From the NCBI GenBank assembly GCA_047967505.1, contig CM106538.1: 64,000 bases of DNA; one strand, 5' to 3'. The DNA comes from Dipteris shenzhenensis. Its lineage: Eukaryota. The translations under genes were made by a program, and so were the position numbers. Positions within the stretch are counted from its first letter, which is position 1, and every line of letters starts with the position of its first letter. Shown one piece after another: positions 1 to 11,409 of the stretch. Under the pieces are notes generated by a model. It was given only the letters and a program-made list of their open reading frames with translations. It was not told the origin of the DNA and did not search any database.

Positions 1-490
1 AGAATCACACCAAATACCAGGTGCACCCAAATGTGTATGCCACAATAGAGTGAAATATCACCAAAACTCAAAGCTCAAAGCGTTAAAAGATACAGCTGAC
101 TCATGTGAATGTACTATGCATCCATATGAACAAATCTGGCCCAAAAGAAAATGCCAACTGCAATGGCAATCCAAAATGCCAATAAGTGCAAATGGCTCAA
201 GCATAAACACCGTCCATGGGCATATGCATCAACAATATCTCATCCAAGAGAGCATAATACTATTAGTGCATCATCTGCAATGTGTCAAAGCATCCATGTG
301 CAAAGCGTCCATAAAAAATAGCATCCCACAAGGCAATCTGGGCCTATCAGTGCATCCAATAAGGATCACAATGCATCCAAATGGCCTATAAATCATCCAC
401 TGCAACCCAATGCACACCATGAATGAGCGCACACGGCTCAAATTGCAACCAGAGTGATCTGCATAACGTATGCTCAAGAAATCATGGTCC

Positions 491-841
491 TATGAAGATA
501 GTGGGAGAGAAGGAAGGAGTCTCACTTGCGGCTTTCTCACATATACAATGGGGAGATACACACAAAGGTGGAGGCTGAAAACAATTTTCCTCTTCTTAGT
601 TGTGAAAGCCAAAAGAACTCTAGTACAAAGAAATAGAAGAATCGTATATGTGGGTCTCAAACCAAACTCAGCTAACTAAGGTGGCATACTAACTGAGCCA
701 CGAACTAGAGTACATAGGATAGCTGTCATCCAGCTATTATTCATGGGCGGTGTACCAACCGCATCTGTAGCTAACAAGTCGGTGACATAAATGCACAATG
801 GTCACCTTGGCATATCACGAGTGGAGCTCGATATCTCAACA
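491..841 (-). repeat. 3' LTR of copia A copy 1 (351 bp)
   Basis: Minus strand reads TGTTGAGATATC...CTTCATA (terminal CA mutated). Near-identical to 5143-5482, 35359-35709, 42760-43110 and 48546-48913. Confidence 0.95.
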
Positions 842-3800
842 CTCCCCCTTGAGCTCAGTCCCAATTCCTACACACACCAAGTAGGTCTCTGAACTTGCGC
901 AGCTTCTCTGTGCCCAATGCCTTCGTGAATATGTCAGCTACCTGATCCTTTGTGCTGACATAAACTAGATCAATGAGACCTAGTAAAACCTTCTCCCGCA
1001 CATAGTGATAATGCACCTCAATCTGCTTTGTTCTAGCATGATAGACTGGGTTATTTGCCAAGTGTATATTGCTCATGTTGTCACAATAAATGACAACTGG
1101 CCCATCTGTAGACTGATGCATATCATAAAGTAGCTTATGCAACCAAGCTACCTCACATGCAGCCATTGCTGCACCCCTGTACTCAACCTCTGTCTTGACA
1201 AGGCAACTGTGGGCTATTTCTTGCTGCTCCAAGTGACTGCAGCACTCCCAAAAGAGAACACATATCCACTGGTAGATCGTCTATCAGAAATACTACCAGC
1301 CCAATCAGCGTTAGTGTATCCATGCAAGTGTATCCGAACCCCAGCCTCATAAAATAGTCCATACTACAATGTGGACTTCACATACCTGAGTATGCGTCTA
1401 GCCGCATCCAAATGTAGTTTCCTTGGAGCCTGCATAAACTGACTTACCAATCCAATAGCATAGCTCAAATCTGGCCTAGTAATAGTCATATAAATCAAAC
1501 TTCCTACTATGCGTCTATACATAGTAGGGTCTTCCAGAAGCTCACTTGTATATGCGCTTAGCTTCACATTCTGCTCCAAAGGAACTGAAATAGGCTTATA
1601 GCCTGTCATCCCATATTTTGACAACATGTTCAATCCATACTGCCTCTGCAAGAGCCGTATCCCACTTGGTGATCTAATCACCTCAATGCCCAAGAAATAA
1701 CGCAGCTCTCCCAAATCCTTCATCTCAAACTTCTGCTTCAATAGCATTTTCACATGAAGGATATCTTCATCACTATCACCTGTGATGATCAAATCATCAA
1801 CATAAATGACAAGCAGCATGATACCTTTCTCTATTTTTCTCACATAAAGTGAGAAATTTGCCTTGGAAATCTTAAAGCCAATAGTGACAAGATACTGTCC
1901 TATCTTATCAGACCATGCTCTAGGTGCTTGCTTCAAGCCATACAAGGCTTTCTTCAACCTGCAAACAAACTCAAGATGAACAACATGAACATAACCTGGT
2001 GGCTGCACCATAAAGACCTCTTCTTGCAAATCACCATGCAAGAAGGCATTCTTTACATCCATCTGATGTAAAGACCATCCCTTTGATGCAGCCATAGCAA
2101 TGACTACTCTTACGGTTGCCATCCTTGCAGCCGGACTTAATGTTTCTTCATAATCAATGCCATATGTCTGTGCATACCCCTTGACAACTAATCTTGCCTT
2201 GTATCTATTCACTGAACCATCTGCATTGTGCTTGACCTTATAAACCCACTTACAGCCAATTGCATTCTTGTCTTTAGGCAAAGGCACCGATTCCCATGTA
2301 GCATTTGCTTCCAAGGCATCCATTTCTTCATCCATGGCTTTCTCCCATTTTTCTTTTCCCATGGCTTGCTCAAAAGAAGTGGGTTCTAGTTCCTGTATCA
2401 CTTTGACCATATAGGCATAGTGAATGGCTATAAATCTATCATATTTCAGCCTATCCACAGGATACCTAGCTCTGGTAGACCTGTGCACAATAGACTTACT
2501 TCCAGGTGCTCTCAAAACATCCCTGGTCTTCCTTACTCTAGGTGTAACAACAGAAGGAATACCCAACTCATCATCAATGCTCTATTCTGAGCCACTAGAT
2601 TCACCATCCACATAAGAGTGACGTGCACTCACATCAAACATGGGCTGATCCACCTTCTCTTTTCCTTTTCATGATACCTGCATACCACTATCTGCATTGC
2701 TTTGAGGAGATTCTTCTGATCTCAATCTGCCTATCCATGGCGAAGTATGTGAACCATTGTTAGAGGACACTACAAGTCCACTAATATTTTGTGATTGCTG
2801 CTGTGAATTCCACAAGGCATTTTATTTGCAGGCCTGTTTCTTTTTCAACCATAGCTTTAAAAGCTTTGAAATGCCCAAACACTTCACTTTTCTTTTTCAT
2901 AAAATACACCCAAACTTTTCTGCTATAGTCATCAATAAAAGTGACAAAATAATGACAGCCTCCAATAGATGCAGCTTTAGTAGTCCACACATCAAAGTGG
3001 ATTAATTCCAATGGCTCCTTACTCTCTTGAACATGTCTAAGAAATGGTTTCCTTGCATGTTTTCCAAATTGACAGGCTTCACATACCTTATGCATTTCTG
3101 CAACCTTGAATTTAGGCAATCCTGCAACAATGTTTTGGGCCTGCATTGATTTAAGTCGCTGTACATTAACATGACCAATGCATTTATGCCAGATATCAAT
3201 ATTTGCAACTAAACCGGTCCCATGTGCAAACATTGCTGCACTCGATTCAGGCATGTCCACATCAAACGTAAACATCCTGCCCTTCTTCTTTCCTTTTGCT
3301 ATCAAGCGATCATTATTTTTCATATCCTCAACAAAGCATCCATGAGGATTAAATCTGACCTGCAAGTCCTGCTCAACCATTTGACCAATAGAAACTAGGT
3401 TCTTGGTGATATTCGGGACATGAAATACATCAGACAGGTATTTCTTTTTCCCATCCTGCATAGACAAAGGAATTTTACCAATCCGCACAATAGGATGTGC
3501 AGTATCATCACCAGTCTCCACAAATCCTGGTCTTTTTATTTTCCTTGCATCCTGCATCCATTCCGCATGACTTGTCATGTGGTTTGATGCACCTGAGTCA
3601 ACATACCACACATCATTGCTTTCTTCTGCACTTGTCACAGAATTGGTCATGTGCTGCACCATAAACAGATGCTCATTTCTGTCATCACTCTATCTACTAG
3701 AAGATGCATAATTCCCTTGCTGCAATTTTCCATTCATGATGTCATTCTACTTTTTATAGCAGTATTTAGCCATATGACCCATTTTACCACAATAGTAGCA

Positions 3801-4624
3801 TTGAACATTGCTGTTTGCATTTTGGCCTCTCTGCCATTCACCGCGACCTCTTTGGCTCCCCCTGCCTCTAGAGTTACCATGTCCTCCTCCAAAGGACTAG
3901 TTTTCTTGAGTTTGCTACATATTCGGATTTCTACCATGGCCTCCAGATCAGCCTCCTCTACCTCTGCCTCTACCTCTTCTAGCATTTGAGTAGAAGATAG
4001 TTTCTTTTAAAGTTCCTCTTGAAGAAGATGCACCACCATTTCTCTGCTCTTCAGAAATTAAAAGAGCAAACAACTCCTCAAAATCAGGAAATTTTTCACG
4101 GACGGCAATGGATGTCCGGAACTGTGCATAATCCTTTCCTAGACCATTCAAGGTCACATAAACTAGATCATCATCTTCCACTGGCGACCCAATGGAAGCA
4201 AGTGCATCTGCAATTTTCTTCACCTTCATGTGGTAGTCATTGATGCTCATATTTTCTCTCTGCACATTGTGCAACTTCTGCTTGAGCTGCATTTTCCTGG
4301 CTTGCGTATTTGTGCTGTACATTTTTGCCAAAGTATCCCATGCCTCCTTTGGCGTACTTGCATCCTGAATATGCACAATCATAGAATCTGAAATATTGAT
4401 AGACAACTAGTACATAACTTTTCTGGCTCTCTCATGCCATCCTTTAAATGCCTGCATTTCCTGTTGATTGGGAACATTAGGAAGAACTGGTTCTTCTTCA
4501 TTTTCTGTAATGAATTCCCAATAGCCTTTTCCCATAAGGAAATTCGTCATTCTAAACTTCCATACTTGGAAGTTGTTCTTGTCATCTTTTCAGTGACAAT
4601 CTGTGAAAGAGAATCAGACGCCAT
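842..4624 (-). pseudogene. Copia gag-pol polyprotein, disrupted
   Basis: ORF pieces 3948-4406 (gag), 2781-3662 (protease, GAG-pre-integrase, integrase start), 1364-2566 (RT) and 855-1232 (RNase H), with stops and frameshifts. About 546 bp of the integrase core is missing at ~2811 relative to copy 3. Confidence 0.93.
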
Positions 4625-5131
4625 TACAAAATACTGCAAAATATTTTGTCACTGTAAAAAAACACAGCTTTTGCCTCATAAGGGCAAATCTGCAAAACTG
4701 ACGAAAGTGGTATTTAACCACACAGTCAGTTCCTAGTGACGATTTTGCATCAACAGGCAGTAAGGATGATTATGTAACTCCCAATATCTCTGCGCACAGG
4801 GATACGATGTAATTTCTATGGCAACTTTTCATCGACCTGCAGAGCAGTGGTCGCATAGCAAAAATAGGGCCTTTTTCTCAATGCTTGCGGAGAACTTCCA
4901 CCTCCAAAACGGGCCCCAAAATGGCCTCGAATCAGAAAAATAAAGTCATATATTGCCCTCTCGCCACACCGCGAAGGGCGTCTCAATCTAAGACAATGCA
5001 CTCTTGCACTTTCTAGCTATGCTACCTACAGAGATTTGCTCCCAAACTCGAAAAAGGAAAGCAACAATGGTCCTCTTACCAGGACACCACGAACTTGGTT
5101 TGCTTTCTTGAGCTCCTTACCACGAACCACA

Positions 5132-5142
5132 CTCTGATACCA
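5132..5142 (-). promoter_or_regulatory. Primer binding site (initiator tRNA-Met)
   Basis: ctctgatacca = TGGTATCAGAG on minus, directly adjacent to the LTR end CA. Confidence 0.9.
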
Positions 5143-5482
5143 TGTGAAGATAGTGGGAGAGAAGGAAGGAGTCTCACTTGCAGCTTTCTCACATACACAA
5201 TGGGGGAATACACACAAAGGTGGAGGCTGAAAACAGTTTTCCTCTTCTTAGGTGTGAAAGCCAAAAGAACTCTAGTACAAAGAAATAGAAGAACCCTATA
5301 TGTAGGTCTCAAACTAAACTCAGCTAACTAAGGTGGCATACTAACTGAGCCACGAACTAGAGTACATAGGATAGCTGTCATCCAGCTATTATTCATGGGC
5401 GGTGTACCAACCGCATCTGCAGCTAACAAGTCGGTGACATAAATGCACAACAGTCACCCTGGCATATCACGAGTGGAGCTCG
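5143..5482 (-). repeat. 5' LTR of copia A copy 1, truncated at outer end
   Basis: Matches 491-830 and stops at gagtggagctcg, before the terminal atatctcaaca. Confidence 0.93.
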
Positions 5483-6386
5483 GCAATGACCGCTACTGAA
5501 AATAGAACGTGAGATGCCTCAAAACATGGGCGCCATTGCATAATCGAACTCAGCAAGACAATCTGCAAATATCTCTCTTCTGCTGGAACTCCAAAATCCC
5601 AACCAATGAGTGAGAAATGAGAATCAACACTTATCCACTGCCATGTGGTGTAAATCTAAGATTTCAAAACCTTAGAATGAAAAATGCATAATAGAGAGAC
5701 GAAATCAAATACACAGACATCTATAACTCTGACAATACTCCACCGAATCGTGTAAGAACTGACAGGTAGTGGTTTTTAGGCATCCGAAACGCAATGGGAT
5801 ATACGGTTTTAGAAAGCGTGGTCCCAATCACTGGGTCCAACACACGGACTGAAAAACGTTTTTGGAAACTGAACTGTTTGTAAACTCCATCGGAGTGTGA
5901 ATGATTAGCAACATAGAAGTTTTAGGACCTCCTGAGTCCACCGAAACTGACATATCTGCAAATGGTTGCTCCAAACTTGAGTTCCAACACCTGGGCAGAA
6001 AAACGTTGAAACTGACATAATGAGTCAGAAATCCAATGAAATGATCGAAAATTCAAGAATGAAGGTGTTTCCAAGCTCCTAAAGTGAAATGGACACTAAA
6101 AGCAGGCAATGGTTGCCTCTACAAGTCAATAAGGAGTCTGTCGTCGAACGAAATAGGAAAAAGCTAAAAATTTTACTTTTCTTTGAAAACACTTAACAGG
6201 CTCTCAAAACCACTTCACAAAACCAAAGTGACTTTTCCAAAGGTTCCTTCAAGGCCTCTACGCACTCGAATGCAAGTAAAGTCACCCACAAAGCTTCCCA
6301 CAGAGCCTCTCCTTCCTCCCACAGAGATACTGAGCTTCCAGGCATTCACGCACGCTCAGCTACATCACTCGGGCTCTGATACTAGT

Positions 6387-6548
6387 TGAGAGTGCTCTCA
6401 ACGGAAGTAGAACGAAAGAGGGGGATAGAGAAATAGAGAGCCACACAAGTTTTTGGTGGGTGCAGAATACCCTAATCTTCTTTTTAATTCATTTATTTAT
6501 GTGTTTGAGTATTGTACATAACCAGGGTAAAGCAACAGTGACCTTTAA
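6387..6548 (-). repeat. Putative short LTR of the chromovirus-like element
   Basis: On minus it follows a purine-rich tract (GAGGATTGTGGGGG), contains AATAAA, ends ...CTCTCA and is followed by 2 nt and a PBS. No second copy exists in the window and the 5' TG is not evident. Confidence 0.5.
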
Positions 6549-6599
6549 CCCCCACAATCCTCTATCTCCTGAAACAAGACAACACCCTTGATTAGTCAG

Positions 6600-7700
6600 T
6601 CACCTTGGGTGCAAAAAGTTCTTTAAACGAGAAACATGAAACATTGGGTGCACCTTAAAACACTGTGATAATTCCAAGTTATAGGCTACCTTGCCTATTC
6701 TTTTAAGAATTATCCACGGCCCGTAATATCGGGTGATAACTTAGCACACTCTCCTGCAATCAAAGACTTAGAGCATGAAGGAATTCAGAGAAAAACTTTT
6801 TCACCTTCCTTAAATTCTCTAATGGATCTATCTTCATCCGTATATGCCTTAGCTCTATCCATAGCTTGGTGGATGTTAGCTCTCGCAAGTGCTACCATCT
6901 CCTGCATATGAACCACATAGTTCGCGGCACTAGGCACTCTCTAAGGTATTCCAATCATAGTTGGATTTGCTGGTCTATAGCCATATTTCATCTCGAACAG
7001 ACTTTCCCGTAGAGGAATGTCTTCTGTCATTATAGGTAAATTCTAGTAGTGGCAGCCACTTGTCTCACGTATGTTGCCTCAATGAAACATATGCTCTATG
7101 CATATCCTCTAAAGTCTGGTTGACTATTTCTGTCTGGCCATCCATTTCTAGATGATCCCCACTATTCATCCTAACTTAGTCCTTAGTGCCTCAAACATAG
7201 TAGTCCAAAAATGATTGGTAAAGTTGACGTCCCTATTTGACACTATGCATCTAGGTAATCCATGCAGACAAAATATATGTTTAATAAACAAATCCTCCAC
7301 TTGCGGCGCACTAACAAACTCCCTATTCGGAATAAAACGAGCCATCTTGGTAAGATGATCAACCACCACAAGGATATAATCATAAGCACCTTGTGTTGTA
7401 GGCAGACCCACTATAAAGTCCATGGAAATGCTCTCCAACCTACCTAGTGGTATTTCCAAAGGCTGTTAAAAGGCTAGGTGGTTTCACCCGCTCTTCCTTA
7501 CTCACTTGACACGAAAGACAATGTGTCACATATTCATGAATTTTTTTTTCCATTTTGTCCAAAAGAAATCCCGTTTCACGAGATCATACACCTTCTCGAC
7601 TCTTGGATCTCTCACACATGGGCTATCATGGCATTGTTGAATGACTCTTTGCCTGAGATCATTCTGATTAGGTTCTATTACCTTGCCATTTTGTTTTAGC
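6600..7700 (-). pseudogene. Gypsy integrase remnant (zinc-binding region, core, GPY/F)
   Basis: ORFs 7526-7795 (LRQRVIQQCHDSP) and 7166-7459, plus manual translation AMDRAKAYTDEDRSIREFKEGEKVFL, with stops. Confidence 0.88.
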
Positions 7701-7773
7701 ATACCATTTGCTATGGTATGTCTTGCATAAGTTAGGCCTTTTCTGGATGCTAGGTCATCCTTTTTTCTGGGTT

Positions 7774-8755
7774 TACATGCAACTCCTAGATGCAAGTTCT
7801 ACATGCGAGTTCTACATGCAAGTTCTACATATAACTTCTACATGCAACTTCTATATGCAAGTTCTACATGTAGAGAGAGAATGTGTTACAATTCCTACAT
7901 GTAGAGAGAGAAGCTCTTCAACTTGTATAAATACCCTATAATGGAATAAAGCCCACACTCTTTGAAGCATTGTGTTGAGTTCTACTCCGGTATTCCAAGC
8001 AATTGTCTCAAGTGTCCATGCTTCCTTGCACTCCACGTCCAAAATCATGTCCTAACCTTGCAACTCCTCCTCCCCTCTCCTCCAACCTTCCAACCCATCC
8101 TCTCCTTTCCTCCTCCCTTCTCCTCCTCCCTCTTCCTCCTCCTCCCTCCTCCTCCTCCCTCCTCCTCCCTTCTCCTCCTCCCTCCTCCTCCTCCTCCTCC
8201 TCCCTCCTCTCTCTTCTTTTCCCCATGCTCTTACACCTTCTTCCTCTCCCACTCCTATGCTCCCCCTAAACCCTTAGTCCCTTAACCCTTAACCTCCATG
8301 ATCTACAAGGGATACGAGTTCTCCACCATGTACTCTACCCTGAACCTTGGATCCTTCTTCTAACCTTGGAACCTCTTCTAAACTCTGGAACCTCTCTCTA
8401 AACCTTGGAAATTCCTTCTAACCCTTGAACCTCCTTCTAAACCTTGGAACCTCCTTCTAACCCTTGAACCTCTTCTATACTCTGGAACCTCCTTCTAAAC
8501 CCTGGAACCTCCTTCTAACCCTTAAACTCCTCCTAAACCATGCAACCCCCAATGAAGATGAAAGCCTTCATTACCCTAACCATGATGATACAAGTTCCTT
8601 TTACATATGAATGCACTATGTTTGCTTACCACACTTAAGCCTACGTCTCTCATCGGAACACGACTCGATATATCTGTAAGTGACAAAAAGCCTCAGAACC
8701 CTACATACTGAGAATACCCTGCTCTTCCTATGGAAGCCATAGGAAAGAGCCAACT
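7774..8755 (+). repeat. 5' LTR of gypsy B copy 1 (5'-truncated)
   Basis: Matches the 23680-24688 and 59313-60504 LTRs and ends ...GGAAAGAGCCAAC. Confidence 0.9.
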
Positions 8756-8757
8756 TT

Positions 8758-8777
8758 TGGCACCACTACTAGGGAGA
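8758..8777 (+). promoter_or_regulatory. PBS, Athila-type (tRNA-Asp-like), degenerate
   Basis: TGGCACCACTACTAGGGAGA here and TGGTGCCGCTGCCAAGGAG at 46582-46600. Both resemble the Athila PBS TGGCGCCGTTGCCGGGGA. Confidence 0.65.
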
Positions 8778-9414
8778 CTAGCATCTCAAGTAACGAGTAA
8801 ACATATGCCAGTATGTGTAAAAAAACATACTTCAAACTTTCACAAACATAACACTCAAGGGCAAGGAGAGAAATTTTTTTTTCCATTTCTAGCCAAACAT
8901 ATCAACCCCAAGCATCAACCTTGGGTTACTATCTTAAGAAATTTTCTTATTTTCTTAAATAGAAGCCACTTGATAAACAATTAGGCTAGGTAGTCGACAC
9001 GAATGTGTAGAGCTTGCAATTTTGATCATTTCACCTTTTTGCAGAAGAGCAAACCGAGCTATCCATAAAAAGTTACGGCTTGGGAAGTGTTTAGGGTTTA
9101 ACCCTAAACCTAAACCCATTTCCTATAAAAACCCACTCCACCCCCTCATTCTTCATCTTTCACATCTTGCCTCCATCCTCTTCCTCATTTCGAGCCCTAT
9201 GCAAGACACTCCTCCCTCTCCATGGACCACCCATCCTCACATGGTAAGTGACTTCGAGCCCATCTCGCAATGATAACCTAGCCATGCACCCACCATCCAT
9301 TGGTCCTTGACAATCCCGTTACATCGAAAAAGACTTGGAGAGCATTCAGGTGATCACCTCTTCCTTCCTTTGGATTTTTTCAGTTTTTTTTTCATCCGTC
9401 GAGTTTTTTTTTTT

Positions 9415-10138
9415 CTTCTCTCTTCCCCCCCCCTACCACCACCACCACTTCCCCCCTTCCCCCTCCCCCCTCCATCTCCACTACCCCCTTGCCCCTCCCC
9501 CTTCCCCCTTCCCCCTTGCCCCTTCCTTCCCCCCCTCCATCTCCACTCCCCCTCCCCCTTTCCCCCCCTCCATCTCCACCCCCCCCCCCTCACTCCACCA
9601 CCACCCCCTTCCCCCCACCCCCCCCCCCCCTTCCCCCCCCCCCCCCATCCACCCCCCCCTCCCCCCCTCATCTCCACCACCCCTTCCCCCTCCCCTTTCC
9701 CCCTCCATCTCCACCACCCCCTTCCCCCTCCATCTCACCACCCCCTCTCCCCCCCCTCCCCCCTCCATCTCCACCACCCCCTTCCCCCCTTTGCCCCCCC
9801 CTCCATCTCCTCCCCCCCTCCCCCCTCCATCTCCACCACCCCCTCCTCCCTCTCTCTTTCTTTCTCTCTCTCTCTTTCTATCTTTCCCTCCCCCTCTCTC
9901 TTTCTTTCTCTCTCTTTCCCTCCCCCTCTCTCTCTCTCCCTTTCTCTCTCTTTCCCTCCCCCTCTCTCTTTTTTTCTCTCTTTCTCTCTCTATCTCTCTC
10001 TTTCCCTCCCCCTCTCTCTCTTCCTTTCTCTCTCTTTCCCTCCCCCTCTCTCTTTTTTTCTCTCTTTCTCTCTCTATCTCTCTCTTTCCCTCCCCCTCTC
10101 TCTCTTTTTTCTCTCTCTTTCTCTTCTATCTCTCTCTT

Positions 10139-10189
<51 letters not shown>

Positions 10190-10254
10190 TCCCCCTCTCT
10201 CTTTCTCTATCTCTTTCTATATCTCTCTCATTCTCTACCTCTCTCTTTCTTTAT

Positions 10255-10291
<37 letters not shown>

Positions 10292-11042
10292 CCCCCCACC
10301 CCTCTCTCTCTCTCTACCCCTCCCCTCGCCGGCCACTCCCTACACACTACCCTACTCCTCTACTAAAGTAAGGGCCAAGGCCCTTGTTGCTGTTGCATAG
10401 GGTAGGCAGGCGGCATGTGCAACGATGCCCGTGACGGTGCTCATAGCGCTCGCTCGCGATGGCCCACCACTGCCCCGCCCAACCTGCCCTGCCTAGCCCC
10501 GCACCGCACCGCCCCGCCTTGCCTAGCCCGCGTCGCCCCACCCCGCCCACCGTGCCACGCCGCACCCTGCCCACCCTTTCCCCCCTCCATCTCCACCACC
10601 CCCCCTCGCCCCCTCCATCTCCATCACCACCCCCTCCCCCCTCCCCCTTTCCCACCCTCCATGTCCACCTCCCCCTCCCCCTTTCCCCCCTCCATCTCCA
10701 TCACCCCCTCCTCCCCTCCCCTCCCCTTTCCCCCACTCCATCTCCACCACCCCCTCCCCCCCCTCGCCCCAACCCCCCCTCCCCCCCTCCTTCTGCACCA
10801 CCACCCCCTCCCCCCTTCCCCTTCCTCCCCTCCATCTCCGCCTCCACCTCCCCCTCCCCCTTTTCCCCCCTCCATCTCCACCATCCCCTCCCCCCCTCCC
10901 CTTTCCCCCCCTCCATCTCCACCACCCCCTCCTCGCTCTCTCTTTCTTTCTATCTTTCCCTCCCCCTCTCTCTTTCTTTCTCTCTCTTTCCCTCCCCCTC
11001 TCTCTCTGTCCCTTTCTCTCTCTTTCCCTCCCCCTCTCTTTT

Positions 11043-11075
<33 letters not shown>

Positions 11076-11409
11076 TTCCCTCCCCCTCTCTTTTTTTTCT
11101 CTCTCTTTCTCTCTCTATCTCTCTCTTTCCCTCCCCCTCTCTTTTTTTTCTCTCTCTTTCTCTCTCTATCTCTCTCTTTCCCTCCCCCCCCTCTCTCTTT
11201 CTCTATCTCTTTCTCTATGTCTCTCTTTCTCTACCTCTCTCTCTCTCTCGCTCTCTCTCTTCCCCCCTTACTCTCTCTCTCTCTTTTCCCCCCACCCCTC
11301 TTTCTCTCTCTCTCTCTCTCTCTACCCCTCCCCTCGCTGGCTGCTCCCTACACACTGCCCTACTCCTATACTAAAGCAAGGGCTAAGGCCCTTGCTGCTG
11401 CTGCATAGG
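9415..11409. repeat. Polypyrimidine (C-run then CT-run) leader of gypsy B, tandemly duplicated (~1 kb unit)
   Basis: Two units each end in ...ccctacacact(a/g)ccctactcct...aaggcccttg(t/c)tgctg(t/c)tgcatagg (~10345-10401 and ~11345-11409). A homologous tract lies at ~47260-47790. Confidence 0.88.

Larger units (their letters stand above)
491..5482 (-). mobile_element. Ty1/copia LTR retrotransposon, family A, copy 1 (decayed, internal deletion, 5' LTR lacks its outer ~11 bp)
   Basis: Matching LTRs at 491-841 and 5143-5482. PBS TGGTATCAGAG abuts the 5' LTR and a PPT (AAGGGGGAG) abuts the 3' LTR. Gag-PR-IN-RT-RH motifs occur in copia order (WYVDSGASNHM, YFVTFIDDYSR, IYVDDLII, YCDN, QVADIFTKAL). 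Confidence 0.96.
5483..7773 (-). mobile_element. Ty3/gypsy (chromovirus-like) fragment: integrase, putative short LTR, PBS, 5' leader
   Basis: Integrase motifs ESISMDFIVGLP, ILVVVDHLTKMARFIP and a GPY/F region (YYGPWIILKRIGKVAYNLEL...VHPMFHVSRLK). A Met-type PBS TAGTATCAGAGC lies at 6373-6384. Confidence 0.82.

Noticed and set aside
1-490. ORF 50-391
   Set aside because: No recognisable motif, repetitive ATGCATCCA-type content, and cut by the window edge.
470-679. Recurrent small ORF EDSGREGRSLTC... (also 5095, 11461, 35284)
   Set aside because: It is an antisense reading of the copia LTR and recurs only because the LTR does.
6740-6765. Apparent PPT+TG (GCAGGAGAG-TGTGC) as an LTR start
   Set aside because: The sequence translates as integrase (LIAGECAKLSP...YYGPW) and continues to 6600.
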